From the NCBI GenBank assembly GCA_044345935.1, contig JBIJAC010000001.1:1986-65985 (forward strand): a stretch of 64,000 nt of DNA. Reading direction: 5' to 3'. Shown here in pieces: positions 35,342-45,874 of this stretch. Made by a program: the position numbers and the translations under genes. Every line of letters begins with the position of its first letter. The stretch's first letter is position 1. The DNA is from Polynucleobacter sp. (GTDB lineage: Bacteria; Pseudomonadota; Gammaproteobacteria; Burkholderiales; Burkholderiaceae). The notes under the pieces were generated by a model. The model did not search any database. It had not been told where the DNA came from and saw only the letters and a program-made list of their open reading frames with translations.

Positions 35342-36739
35342 GTGACGGCTCCATTACCGCAGATTACTAAGCACAAGCGCTGGCTCATTTTGTCGCATGC
35401 ATTCAATATGGATGGACGGGCGGCGAGTCAAACGATTACCGATAAGATCCCCTATTTTTTAGAGGCCGGGGTTAAGCCGATGGTGTTTAGTTCCATTACT
35501 GGCATCAAAGACACCCGCTTTCCGCACTATCAATTTTTAGCCTGGGGGCCAGCTGCCTTTCGCTTTGACTTTCGGCATTGGTTTGCAAATCAATATGGTC
35601 GGGGCCTACTCTATAAAGTCGTGACGACTACCGTTTCTATCCTGCTGGCGCCATTCATTGCTTTAGAGCGAATGCTCTTAGGCTTATCGAATCAATGGTC
35701 CTGGGCCATGCCTGCCTACCTGCATGGAAAAAAGCTCATCCAGAATAAGCAAGTGGATTTGGTCTATTCCACTGCAGGGGCTTGGTCTGCGCAGTTGGCA
35801 GCCTTATGGCTTAAAAAGAGTACCGGTATCTTTTGGATGACCGAGATACACGACCCCCTGGTCATCCGTAATAACCCAGACGATTTGGGTTTTGCAACTC
35901 CACGTAATCGCGATGCCCGATTCCGAAAGTGGTTAGAGACTCAAATCTGCAAACATGCCGACCTTGCTTGGTGGTTTACCGATGGCGCCGTGCATTACGC
36001 TAAACTCCGCAACCCCAACTTAAATGAACCCGGCAATGCCAAAGGGGTGATGGTGATTCCGGGGGCGGAGCCGCCGGGAGCTGCTGAGGAAATAAACTCA
36101 GCAGCAAAGCAAGCAGAGGAAGCGCATTCCCATCACTACGGATCACATTTGGTGATTAGCCACTTTGGATCGTTGGCTAAGAACCGCTCAATTTCAACGA
36201 TCCTCAACCGACTGCCAAATCTATTTCAAAAGCACCCTGAAGCACGTAATGCCATTCAGGTGCATGTGTATGGAGCTAAGGTCGATTCCTTAACAGCAGA
36301 TACTATTAGCCAGTATGGGTTTGCAGATCTGGCGATCGAGCATGGCCGGATTGAAAGAGATCCCGTCACCGGTAAATCGGGGCGCGAGCGCATTGCAGAG
36401 CGCATGCAAGCCTCCGATGTGCTCTTGCTGCTGCACGGCGATGATGAGTGGTGCGCCGAGTACATTCCGTCGAAGATGTACGAGTACTTCTGGATGGGTA
36501 GACCCATTTGGGCTATCACCCACCGCAATCCCCAGATGAATGCCTTGCTTGCTGAGCGCAATGCCTACATTAGCGCTGCCGATGATGTGGCTTCGATTGA
36601 TGGGGCGCTAGAGCGTATTTGGCTGGACTGGCAGCAGAAAAACCTGATGCAATTAGCCTGGAAGCCCATTGGGGTGGATCAGGCGGCGCAAAGAATCTTA
36701 CAATTCGTAGAATCAATGCAAACGGCAAAAGCACAATGA
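35342..36739 (+). CDS. Putative GT-B (GT4-like) glycosyltransferase
   Basis: EIHDP, HFGSL and SDVLLL...IPSKMYEY..MGRPI GT-B C-terminal pattern. Confidence 0.65.
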   Translation: MTAPLPQITKHKRWLILSHAFNMDGRAASQTITDKIPYFLEAGVKPMVFSSITGIKDTRFPHYQFLAWGPAAFRFDFRHWFANQYGRGLLYKVVTTTVSILLAPFIALERMLLGLSNQWSWAMPAYLHGKKLIQNKQVDLVYSTAGAWSAQLAALWLKKSTGIFWMTEIHDPLVIRNNPDDLGFATPRNRDARFRKWLETQICKHADLAWWFTDGAVHYAKLRNPNLNEPGNAKGVMVIPGAEPPGAAEEINSAAKQAEEAHSHHYGSHLVISHFGSLAKNRSISTILNRLPNLFQKHPEARNAIQVHVYGAKVDSLTADTISQYGFADLAIEHGRIERDPVTGKSGRERIAERMQASDVLLLLHGDDEWCAEYIPSKMYEYFWMGRPIWAITHRNPQMNALLAERNAYISAADDVASIDGALERIWLDWQQKNLMQLAWKPIGVDQAAQRILQFVESMQTAKAQ

Positions 36740-36792
36740 AATTCACCGCCCATGTTGCTTTAATTATTTCTTAATTTAATCAATCCTATTCC

Positions 36793-37731
36793 ATGACCAA
36801 TCAACCTGTTCGCAATCTTGTTCTGTACAGCTGCACCTTTCGCAAAGATTTAAAACGAACGGTGAAATTGGCGCAGAGCATTCAGAAGCACAATACGGCA
36901 AAGATCCCGTTTTATGTATCGGTTCCTGAAGAGAATGTTTCTCTATTTAAAGAACACCTCTCAACATTTGATGTGACGGTCTTTAATGAAAAAGAGATTT
37001 TTGAGAAAAACCCAAAACTCGACATCACCAAGCTCTATCAAATTCGTGGTGGCCTGCGCCAGCAGGTGATTAAGTCTGAATTCTGGCGCTTGGGCCTTTC
37101 AGAAAACTATTTGGTACTGGATGCGGATTGCGTCTTTATTCGGGATTTTGATGAACGTGACTTTATTGTCAAAGACGATATTCCGTACTCGATTATTCAT
37201 GAGGGCAGGGATGTCTTACAGGCAACCGATCGCTTTGGTCCCAAACAAATCCGCCAGCATTTTTTAAATGATCGTGTACCCATTCGGCAGGCTTTGGGCA
37301 GAGAAGGTGTGACCTATGACTTTGGCTATGCTCCTTTTTTGTGGAGCACCAAGGTATGGCAGTCTTTGGACACCAATTACCTCACACCCAATGGCATGAG
37401 CTTTTTAGACGCAGTAGAGCTCTGCGCTTCGGAATTCACCTGGTATGGGGAATCCTTAATCAATTTCAGGGCCATTCCCATCTACCCTAGAGAGCAGCTC
37501 TTTAAGCATTACCACTACGAACATCAGCTTTGGGCTGATCAGTTATTAGGCTATACCGAAGCCATCCTCGCTAAAGACTGCCTAGGAGTCGTGTATCAAT
37601 CCAATTGGGAAAGTTGGGGTGACTATGGCCCCAGCAATAAGAGCGTTGCCTCGCGGGTTTTGCGTTCGGCCAAGCGCCTGTTAAAGAAACTGTTCTTTAA
37701 GTTGCGGATTCTGCCCCGTATCTTGGGATAA
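36793..37731 (+). CDS. Uncharacterised GT-A-like protein (DUF6492-like)
   Basis: QQVIK, YLVLDADCVFIRDF (DxD) and SEFTWYG. Confidence 0.55.
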   Translation: MTNQPVRNLVLYSCTFRKDLKRTVKLAQSIQKHNTAKIPFYVSVPEENVSLFKEHLSTFDVTVFNEKEIFEKNPKLDITKLYQIRGGLRQQVIKSEFWRLGLSENYLVLDADCVFIRDFDERDFIVKDDIPYSIIHEGRDVLQATDRFGPKQIRQHFLNDRVPIRQALGREGVTYDFGYAPFLWSTKVWQSLDTNYLTPNGMSFLDAVELCASEFTWYGESLINFRAIPIYPREQLFKHYHYEHQLWADQLLGYTEAILAKDCLGVVYQSNWESWGDYGPSNKSVASRVLRSAKRLLKKLFFKLRILPRILG

Positions 37732-37739
37732 GCGCCTCC

Positions 37740-38612
37740 ATGCTGGATCTATCTGCAATCACTTTACTTTGTGTTGAAACGAGGGATCCGGCCCTAGCTC
37801 ACTTTGCAATTCAGAAGTGCACCCAGCATGCACGCTTTGGCAAGGTGGTGCTGATTACGGATTTAGCTAAGCTGAGTAACTGGCCAAATGATCAAGCCAG
37901 TAATCAAGCAGAAGACCAAGAAAAGAATTCAAAAGTAGCGAGGCTACAGGGTGTTGAGTATGTGCAGGCTCCGCCAATCAACACTACCAAAGACTATTCT
38001 GATTTACTGCTCACGGGCTTACGCCAATATGTTGCCGGGACCCATGTCTTAATTATTCAGTGGGATAGCTTTATTCTTCATCCCGAGTTGTGGACCGATG
38101 ATTTTCTGCAATACGACTACATTGGCGCAACCTGGCCCCACCATCCCGATACACCAGTCGGCAATGGGGGGTTCTCACTCAGGTCAGTCACCTTATTAAA
38201 AGCGCTAGAGAGCCCAACGATTACCAAGCGCCACCCCGAAGACTTTTGCATCTGCGTGGATAACAAACCAATTCTAGAGAATCAGTTTGGTATTCGGTTT
38301 GCGCCAATAGAGATTGCGGAGCAATTTGCAGTCGAGCGAACCAGCTGGCATCCTGCGTTTGGATTCCATGGGTTTTTTAACTATGGTAAAGCGCTTAGCC
38401 CAGAAGAGTTAGGTGCTTTTCTAAAATTACTGCCTGATAGCTACTTGGGCGGAGTCGACACTTATGATTTGATCTATTATTTAATTGAACATAAAAACGA
38501 AGAACTGGCAAAGACCATTTGGACTCGCATCAAATTCAAATGGAAGCTGAGAAGGCAATTCTTTAAAGCGCTTTTATTATTGCGGCAAAGAACGAGTCTC
38601 AACTTTTTGTAA
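37740..38612 (+). CDS. DUF5672-like putative glycosyltransferase
   Basis: HVLIIQWDSF, FLQYDYIGATW, VGNGGFSLRS, PEDF and FGFHG. Confidence 0.7.
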   Translation: MLDLSAITLLCVETRDPALAHFAIQKCTQHARFGKVVLITDLAKLSNWPNDQASNQAEDQEKNSKVARLQGVEYVQAPPINTTKDYSDLLLTGLRQYVAGTHVLIIQWDSFILHPELWTDDFLQYDYIGATWPHHPDTPVGNGGFSLRSVTLLKALESPTITKRHPEDFCICVDNKPILENQFGIRFAPIEIAEQFAVERTSWHPAFGFHGFFNYGKALSPEELGAFLKLLPDSYLGGVDTYDLIYYLIEHKNEELAKTIWTRIKFKWKLRRQFFKALLLLRQRTSLNFL

Positions 38613-39221
38613 AACTGAAATAAGATGGGAATCAGTCCTGACTTGCTCAAGAACTTTGAAAGCACCAGTAAAGCCATACATACTGGCTAAGTTTTTTTGA
38701 TCATCAAAGTAGAGAAATGTTTCTTCAGTAATAAAATTGACGTGTGTGGGGTCGCCAAATGCAGTTCTTAATGGATAGACTGGAGTGTGGGAAAAGAATA
38801 TTCCATCTTTCTTGAGCGTTCTCCAGACCTCATTCATTAATTGAACAAAGGGGAACCGGCAGTCAGGGGCATAAACGACGCGCGGCACATGCTCAATAAA
38901 ATCAAAAGCGGTTATGTAGTCAAATTCGCAATCACCAAATGGTATGGGATGTAATGTTAAATCAACGCTTTTAATATTGCGCGCCAAATCCTCTCGAATA
39001 TCAACCCCAAATTGAGTCTCAGCATCAAATGGGTTTCGAGGAGTGGTTCCACATCCAATATCTAAGCTTGTTGACTTATTAAGATCCATTTTTTTAGAGC
39101 TATATTTTTCATATAAGCTTTCGATATTACGAATGCGCGTTAATTTGACAAACGACTCATTAGATTTAGAAAGTAGTGGGATAACTCTAAAAATATTCTT
39201 TATTTTTTTAAATGAGAACAT
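38577..39221 (-). CDS. Class I SAM-dependent methyltransferase
   Basis: LDIGCG, GVDI, FIEHVP, RTLKKDG and AFGDPTH. Confidence 0.8.
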   Translation of the reverse strand: MFSFKKIKNIFRVIPLLSKSNESFVKLTRIRNIESLYEKYSSKKMDLNKSTSLDIGCGTTPRNPFDAETQFGVDIREDLARNIKSVDLTLHPIPFGDCEFDYITAFDFIEHVPRVVYAPDCRFPFVQLMNEVWRTLKKDGIFFSHTPVYPLRTAFGDPTHVNFITEETFLYFDDQKNLASMYGFTGAFKVLEQVRTDSHLISVLQKVETRSLPQ

Positions 39222-39484
39222 ATTCTGATTTTAAATTAGTTAATTTTGCTTAGATATTTATGGCTGATGCTAGCTTCCATTTAAGCATACCCCCATGAAT
39301 TTTGTCAGATAAAAATATCTGATGAGTTTTACCAAGTCATTTGAGATGATTTTTTTAATTTATTGAAATTTAAGGAATAAAAAAATTTGGTTATAATTTT
39401 AAAAAAAATAGATCAATATCGAGTGTGTTATTTTGGTAAGATGCATAGATATTTCTATTTAATTAATTAATTCAAAATTGCTAG

Positions 39485-40930
39485 ATGACATTTAAAGAGC
39501 TTATTAAAAATACTGAAAAAACAGGCTTAATTCTTGTTCTTATAAGTTCAGTTTTAATGGGTATATGGGCAACAATGGAAACAATTGCCTTAAGAAATAT
39601 CCTACTGGCTGTCGGTAGTTTTTTTTCAATTCTTTATTTACTGGGTTTGTATAGATCGCCTGAGAAAGAGCTACTAAAAAAAGGAATATCTCTTTCCACA
39701 ACAGCTCCCCTAGCTTTAATTTTTTTCATGCTGGTATGGGTTGTTGCTCATTACCTCTTCTTTTCAGCCGATCAAAGCCGTCAATGGCATGAATTAACTA
39801 GCACTTGGCTAAGGGCATTTTTGGCGGTTTTAGTAGGGCTATCAACGGGAATCGCATTGACTCAGAATAAGGGCTGGCTGCCACTCTTATGGATTGGGTT
39901 GCTTATTAGTTTTGTCCTGCTAATGGGCCAATACATACCTAAAGCCATTCAACGCGAAAGCTTTTTTGCTATTGATCATTTTGGAAGTTATATTTATTGG
40001 GCAAAGTTCAATGGTGTTTTGGCGGGAACGGCGCTAATAGCTGGACTACTAGGAATGTCGATCGATTTTTTGTCCGCAAGTGGGCGAAAAAAAAATACTT
40101 TGCGGGAAGATAGGCCTGATAGAAAATCCATCGTAATGCTATGGCTTTATGCAATTTTGGGTATTTTTTTAGCCATATACTCTTTTGTCTTTATTTTTGA
40201 TGCCAAAGCAGGTGTGGGGCTGGCAGTCATTTTGATTGGGTTTTGGGCTTTGTCGGGGCTTATTGTGTTGGGTGTGAGAATTTTGAGGCATCAAGGCCAA
40301 AAAGAGCATATTTCTAGCTCGTTGAAGCTCATCAGTCTTTTGCTATTAGGTGTGATGGTAATAACTTTTTTAGCATGGAAGCACGTAAAAAATAATCCAG
40401 GGTGGGAAAGTTTGTTGGAAGATATTGCAATCTCTGCGCAAATTGAGAAGTATCCTAACTGGCAAAACCCATCTAAGTTGGGCTTCCCAAAGCGTGATGA
40501 TGGATCATCGGTGGCTGGTAATACGTATGAGAGGGTGTCTTGGGGGGTGGTGGGGTATAAATTAATTTTGATGGAGCCCCTAGGTAGTGGAGTGCTTCGA
40601 TCCTTTCCTGATCAGGTAAAAAAATTAGTACCAGAATTTAGTGGTGGCTCATATACCCATTCAGGCTGGATTGATCTTGGTTTGTCATTCGGAATTCTTG
40701 GTCTCGTGCTTATTCCGATTGCATTATCGATTTCTTTCATTCGATCTCTGTTTTTTCATTCTTACGACCACAGAGCAACAGTCATCTCTCTATCTTTTGC
40801 CATCTTGGTTCTTTATGGGGTTGGTGAGTATGCCTTTCAGCATGGCATTGAAATCCTTTTTTATCTTTCCGGACTGATTAGCGGCTTAACTCTAATTTCA
40901 TCAGTAAAAAAACAAAAAACTTCGCATTAA
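39485..40930 (+). CDS. O-antigen ligase (WaaL/Wzy_C)-like polytopic membrane protein
   Basis: Many TM helices, a periplasmic loop with ER..W, PLGSG and YTHSGWIDLGLSFGILG. Confidence 0.65.
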   Translation: MTFKELIKNTEKTGLILVLISSVLMGIWATMETIALRNILLAVGSFFSILYLLGLYRSPEKELLKKGISLSTTAPLALIFFMLVWVVAHYLFFSADQSRQWHELTSTWLRAFLAVLVGLSTGIALTQNKGWLPLLWIGLLISFVLLMGQYIPKAIQRESFFAIDHFGSYIYWAKFNGVLAGTALIAGLLGMSIDFLSASGRKKNTLREDRPDRKSIVMLWLYAILGIFLAIYSFVFIFDAKAGVGLAVILIGFWALSGLIVLGVRILRHQGQKEHISSSLKLISLLLLGVMVITFLAWKHVKNNPGWESLLEDIAISAQIEKYPNWQNPSKLGFPKRDDGSSVAGNTYERVSWGVVGYKLILMEPLGSGVLRSFPDQVKKLVPEFSGGSYTHSGWIDLGLSFGILGLVLIPIALSISFIRSLFFHSYDHRATVISLSFAILVLYGVGEYAFQHGIEILFYLSGLISGLTLISSVKKQKTSH

Positions 40931-40956
40931 TATTTTGAGGTTTTTTAGTTATTGTT

Positions 40957-41928
40957 TTAATCTTTGCCTTTAATTATTCGAGTGATTTGTTTCCACAAGG
41001 CTTTAAAAGCCTTACCTAATGGAACATATGAAACTTTCTCCTTTGAGAGTCCAACGCGATTTATTCTCGCGTAATAGTTTTTCAAGTCAATGCACTCTTT
41101 TAATTCATTGCTCGATTTTCCTAAAGAAAAAAGAGAGTAGGCCAGTCTGTCATAGTAGGCAAGAGGATATATTTCTCGATTAGTCTTTATAAAAATGATT
41201 TCGGTCGGGTGAAGAGTCCTACCAAAATAAGAATCTCTAAAACAGGGATCTCCATGATCGGATGTGGGATTGATGTCTTCGCGTGCAATGCGGTAGTCAA
41301 CGCCGTTGTATTCTGGTAGCAGCGATCTTAAGTTCCATCCCCGATCCTTAATTAATTGTGATAGCCTGACTTCGTAGTCTCTAATTGCATCTTCTTTATC
41401 TGGGATTCCAGCCGAGTTATAAAAGCCCTCCTGAATTAAATAAAGTAAAGTTTTCTTGGGGAGGAGGTAAGAGGTGGTTTGTGCATGCGAATAATTTACA
41501 GATTGGCCATACTTCTCGGCATAACTGATGGCACAAGCTGCGCTTGGCGGCAGGATGTTGATTGTTGAGCCAACAATTCCAATGTCCGGCTGAAGCTGCT
41601 CAATAAAATATTCGGTCCACGCCTTGTTGTCCCTGACCGTCAGGAAAGGTCCTCGCACTGAGGAATTGATAAAAAAGAAAAAATCATACTTTGAGATATG
41701 AACTGCGCTATTAATTGCATGGCAATAACCACCAAAGTCGTTATTGAGATTTTCAGTAAAAATATAAGAAATATTTTCTGCAATGGGTAATTGAACGGTA
41801 TGTTTACCAGCAATCACCACTAGATAGTCGATTGATTGTGAATAGCCAAAAGACAAAAAATGCAATAAATTGTCTCTGTAAGAGTTATCTTTTTCGTAAT
41901 AGTGATAAATAACTATTGTTTTTGACAT
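40957..41928 (-). CDS. Putative polysaccharide biosynthesis protein (RgpF-like features)
   Basis: ENLNNDFGGY, FFINSSVRGPF, HAQT and YEVRLSQ...GWNL motifs. Confidence 0.45.
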   Translation of the reverse strand: MSKTIVIYHYYEKDNSYRDNLLHFLSFGYSQSIDYLVVIAGKHTVQLPIAENISYIFTENLNNDFGGYCHAINSAVHISKYDFFFFINSSVRGPFLTVRDNKAWTEYFIEQLQPDIGIVGSTINILPPSAACAISYAEKYGQSVNYSHAQTTSYLLPKKTLLYLIQEGFYNSAGIPDKEDAIRDYEVRLSQLIKDRGWNLRSLLPEYNGVDYRIAREDINPTSDHGDPCFRDSYFGRTLHPTEIIFIKTNREIYPLAYYDRLAYSLFSLGKSSNELKECIDLKNYYARINRVGLSKEKVSYVPLGKAFKALWKQITRIIKGKD

Positions 41929-42143
41929 GATATAGATTATGTAATTTTAAACTCGCCTTTATGGTCGTCAGGCGGCAGTTTTAGCTATAACGGTTTTGGG
42001 TTGGTAATACTGCCATAGTAAATCAACTCAAGCCAGTAAAGGACATTCAAATTGGGTCTGATAGTGGTTTTCATTATGACCTTCGATGCAAAGACATTTA
42101 ATGCATAATTCAATCAATATTCACTCGCATTGGTGACTTTAAA

Positions 42144-43178
42144 ATGATTTTAGTAACGGGCGGCGCAGGCTTTATTGGCGGTAATTTTGTTCTCGATTGG
42201 CTTAAAGACCCAAAAGCCGAAGGCATTGTTAATTTAGATAAATTAACCTATGCGGGTAATTTAGCTACCCTCAATTCTTTAAAGAGTGACTCTCGGCATG
42301 TTTTTGTCCATGGCGATATTGGTGATCAAGAACTCGTTACAAAACTACTAAAAGAGCATCAGCCCAGAGCAATTGTGAACTTTGCAGCCGAGAGTCATGT
42401 AGACCGCTCGATTCATGGGCCGGCCGAGTTTGTGCAGACCAATATTGTGGGTACGTTCAACTTACTCGAGTGCGCAAGAGCTTATTGGAATGGCTTGGCC
42501 CAAGATAAAAAAAATGATTTTCGCTTTCATCATGTTTCTACCGATGAGGTTTACGGCTCTTTATCGGCAAGTGATCCTGCTTTTACTGAAACCAATCCCT
42601 ATGAACCGAATAGTCCTTATTCAGCTTCTAAAGCAGCCTCTGACCATTTAGTGCGGGCTTGGTTTCATACCTACGGCTTTCCCGTCGTTACCACCAATTG
42701 CTCGAATAACTACGGGCCGTATCACTTTCCAGAAAAGCTCATTCCGCTGGTGATTCTCAATGCCTTAAATGGCAAGCCCTTGCCCATTTATGGCGATGGT
42801 CAGCAGATACGCGATTGGCTCTATGTGGGTGATCACTGCTCGGCCATTCGGGAAGTGCTTGCCAAAGGTAAGCTGGGTGAAACCTACAACATTGGCGGCT
42901 GGAATGAAAAGGCTAATATCGATGTAGTCAAAACTATTTGCAGCATCTTGGATGAACTAAAACCCAAAGCCGATGGCAAATCGTATGCTGAGCAAATTAC
43001 CTTTGTTACAGACAGGCCGGGCCACGATCGCCGTTACGCTATTGATGCGCGCAAACTCAATCGGGAGCTTGGCTGGAAATCCAAAGAAACCTTTGATACC
43101 GGCATTAAAAAAACGGTGCAGTGGTATTTAGATAACCCAGTTTGGATTGAGGGTGTGGTAAGCGGATCGTATCGCTAG
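42144..43178 (+). CDS. rfbB: dTDP-glucose 4,6-dehydratase (probably lacking its last 8 residues)
   Basis: [30 protein letters not shown] and [12 protein letters not shown]. Confidence 0.96.
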   Translation: MILVTGGAGFIGGNFVLDWLKDPKAEGIVNLDKLTYAGNLATLNSLKSDSRHVFVHGDIGDQELVTKLLKEHQPRAIVNFAAESHVDRSIHGPAEFVQTNIVGTFNLLECARAYWNGLAQDKKNDFRFHHVSTDEVYGSLSASDPAFTETNPYEPNSPYSASKAASDHLVRAWFHTYGFPVVTTNCSNNYGPYHFPEKLIPLVILNALNGKPLPIYGDGQQIRDWLYVGDHCSAIREVLAKGKLGETYNIGGWNEKANIDVVKTICSILDELKPKADGKSYAEQITFVTDRPGHDRRYAIDARKLNRELGWKSKETFDTGIKKTVQWYLDNPVWIEGVVSGSYR

Positions 43179-43261
43179 TGGCTTCAAAAGCAATACAACT
43201 AAATACACGGCGAACAAAATAGCTAAGCACGACTAACGGCGCAACCACATAGACTCCCCAG

Positions 43262-44245
43262 ATGAATATTCTTGTTTTTGGTAAAGATGGTCAGCTAGGC
43301 AAGGCCTTTAAGGCCCTCTTTGACGCAAATAAGCTGGATGAATTGCATTGCATTACCTATGTGGGCCGTGCTGAATGCGATCTGAGCAACGCAGACGCAA
43401 TTGCCGAATTACTCAATCGGATCGAGCCAGATTTGTTAATCAATGCTGCTGCTTATACGGCGGTGGATAAAGCAGAAACCGAAGTCGATTTAGCTTATGC
43501 GATTAATGCCAAAGCCCCAGAGTTGATGGCAATCTATGCAAAACGCCAAGGAGCCACTTTTTTGCATTACTCCACTGACTATGTATTTGATGGCAGCAAA
43601 GAAGGCCCGTATATAGAGAGTGATGTTCGGAACCCATTGGGCATCTATGGCAAAAGCAAAGCTTCCGGGGAAGAAGCAATTGAAGAAACGTTTAATAATC
43701 TTTCTGCAAACTCGAGCGCGCAATATGCCATTTTTAGAACCAGTTGGGTCTATGGCGATGGCGGCAATTTCATCCGTACCATTTTGCGCTTAGCTAAAGA
43801 GCGCGAAATGCTTAAAGTCATTGCCGATCAATATGGCGTCCCAACCAGCGCCACTTGGCTAGCAGAAGTCAGTTTGGCTTTAGTGCTGAATGAAGAGCAG
43901 CAGTTAAGGCTATTTCCATCGGGTATTTATCATGCGGTGCCGCTGGGGCAGACTACTTGGCATGCCTTAGCATGTTACGCAGTCGAAGCGGCAATTGATG
44001 CGGGTGCAGTGCTCAAACTCCGCCCAGAGGCTATTCAGGCAATCCCTGCCACAGACTACCCCTTACCAGCCCCTAGGCCCATGAACTCGCGGATGGCAAG
44101 GGGTGCAGGGGCCGCTTTAGATCAGACGATGGATAAAGCGTCAGGTGATTTGGGCGATATGACAAAATCTCCCTTATTGTCGCAATCGTGGGAGTCGCAG
44201 GTCTCGACCTATGCTCAAGACTTGGCTTTACGAAAAATTATTTAA
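43262..44245 (+). CDS. rfbD: dTDP-4-dehydrorhamnose reductase
   Basis: [32 protein letters not shown] and PAPRP. Confidence 0.94.
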   Translation: MNILVFGKDGQLGKAFKALFDANKLDELHCITYVGRAECDLSNADAIAELLNRIEPDLLINAAAYTAVDKAETEVDLAYAINAKAPELMAIYAKRQGATFLHYSTDYVFDGSKEGPYIESDVRNPLGIYGKSKASGEEAIEETFNNLSANSSAQYAIFRTSWVYGDGGNFIRTILRLAKEREMLKVIADQYGVPTSATWLAEVSLALVLNEEQQLRLFPSGIYHAVPLGQTTWHALACYAVEAAIDAGAVLKLRPEAIQAIPATDYPLPAPRPMNSRMARGAGAALDQTMDKASGDLGDMTKSPLLSQSWESQVSTYAQDLALRKII

Positions 44246-44288
44246 ATGCATTCAAACGTATTAAAGGCATTCAAAGGTATTCAACCAT
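44240..44288 (+). repeat. Degenerate ~10-bp tandem repeat (5 units) between rfbD and rfbA
   Basis: atttaaatgc attcaaacgt attaaaggc attcaaaggt attcaaccat. Confidence 0.55.
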
Positions 44289-45225
44289 GGTAGTGAATCA
44301 AATAAACTCGATTAAGCGCAAAGGCATTATTTTGGCAGGGGGTTCGGGCACGCGCCTGTATCCCGTGACGCAGGCCGTTTCAAAACAGCTGATGCCAGTC
44401 TACGATAAGCCCATGGTGTACTACCCTTTAACGACCTTGATGCTGGCAGGTATTCGGGATATTTTGCTGATCTCAACACCGCACGATACGCCGCGTTTTG
44501 CTGAGTTACTGGGCGACGGTTCGCAGTGGGGTCTCAATATTGAATATTGTATTCAGCCTTCACCCGATGGTTTGGCGCAGGCGTTTACTCTAGGTAAATC
44601 ATTTGTGGGCAATGATCCAAGTGCCTTAGTGCTGGGCGATAACATTTTTTATGGCCATGAGTTAGTGGAGCAACTTAATAGTGCGAATGACCGAAGCAGT
44701 GGCGCAAGTGTCTTTGCCTATCACGTGACTGATCCCGAGCGTTACGGCGTAGTGGAATTCGATAAAGATTACAAAGCCCTTTCGATTGAAGAAAAGCCCC
44801 TTAAGCCCAGAAGCAACTATGCAGTAACGGGCCTGTATTTTTACGACAATCAGGTGTGTGATATTGCAGCTTCGATTAAGCCTAGTGCCAGAGGTGAGTT
44901 AGAAATTACCGATGTCAATCGGGCCTACCTCGATAAAAACCAACTTAATGTCGAAATCATGGGTCGCGGCTTTGCCTGGCTCGATACTGGAACGCACGAT
45001 TCTTTACTCGATGCAGCAGGCTTTATTGCCACATTGCAAAAGCGCCAAGGTTTAATGGTGGCTTGCCCTGAAGAGATTGCCTATCGTCAGGGTTGGATTA
45101 GTGCCGAGACGGTGCAAAAAGTAGCCGATCAGCTCAAGAAAAACAGTTATGGTCAGTATCTAGCCAGAATACTGAATGAACTCAATACCAGCCCACAACC
45201 CATTGGCCTATCCAGTAAAAGATAA
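44287..45225 (+). CDS. rfbA: Glucose-1-phosphate thymidylyltransferase
   Basis: [33 protein letters not shown] and WLDTGTH. Confidence 0.96.
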   Translation: MVVNQINSIKRKGIILAGGSGTRLYPVTQAVSKQLMPVYDKPMVYYPLTTLMLAGIRDILLISTPHDTPRFAELLGDGSQWGLNIEYCIQPSPDGLAQAFTLGKSFVGNDPSALVLGDNIFYGHELVEQLNSANDRSSGASVFAYHVTDPERYGVVEFDKDYKALSIEEKPLKPRSNYAVTGLYFYDNQVCDIAASIKPSARGELEITDVNRAYLDKNQLNVEIMGRGFAWLDTGTHDSLLDAAGFIATLQKRQGLMVACPEEIAYRQGWISAETVQKVADQLKKNSYGQYLARILNELNTSPQPIGLSSKR

Positions 45226-45241
45226 GACAAAAGATACCGCA

Positions 45242-45814
45242 ATGACAGCCGATTCCAATTCAAAATTGCAAGTTACGCCAACCGCAATTCCAGAGGTTTT
45301 GATTATTGAGCCTAAGGTGTTTGGTGATAACCGTGGCTGGTTTACCGAATCCTTTAATGCCAATGACTTTGCAAAAGCAACAAATTTAGATATCGAGTTT
45401 GTGCAAGATAACCACTCCTTCTCTCGGCAATGGACACTGCGGGGTATGCATTACCAGCTCAAACACACCCAAGGCAAGTTGGTGAGAGTTACTGCAGGTT
45501 CAGTCTTTGATGCTGTAGTTGACCTAAGAAAAGACTCCAGTAATTTTGGTAAATGGGTGGGCGTAGAGCTCTCCGCTGAAAATCACAAACAACTCTGGGT
45601 GCCGCCCGGTTTTGCCCATGGTTTCTTGGTGCTGTCGGAGGCTGCCGAGTTTTTATACAAAACGACCGATTACTACGACCCAGAGAGCGAAGCATGCTTA
45701 TCGTGGTGCGACCCAACAGTAAAAATAGATTGGCCGATTCCACTCGGTAAGCAGGCCTTACTAAATGCCAAAGATGCTGCTGGGCTAGCCTGGGATCAGG
45801 CGCCGAAGTTCTAA
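45242..45814 (+). CDS. rfbC: dTDP-4-dehydrorhamnose 3,5-epimerase
   Basis: FGDNRGWF, QDNHSFS, LRGMHYQ and WVPPGFAHGF. Confidence 0.95.
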   Translation: MTADSNSKLQVTPTAIPEVLIIEPKVFGDNRGWFTESFNANDFAKATNLDIEFVQDNHSFSRQWTLRGMHYQLKHTQGKLVRVTAGSVFDAVVDLRKDSSNFGKWVGVELSAENHKQLWVPPGFAHGFLVLSEAAEFLYKTTDYYDPESEACLSWCDPTVKIDWPIPLGKQALLNAKDAAGLAWDQAPKF

Positions 45815-45874
45815 TTTCCCCACAGCGGCGAGCTTGCTGTCTTCATCGGCGGCAAACAATACGATAATGTGGGT

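Noticed and set aside
38577-38612. 36-bp tail-to-tail overlap of the DUF5672-like and methyltransferase genes
   Set aside because: Short convergent overlaps are common and need no special explanation
41968-41985. ops/JUMPStart-like ggcggcag upstream of rfbB
   Set aside because: Mismatches the GGCGGTAG core and lacks the rest of the JUMPStart element
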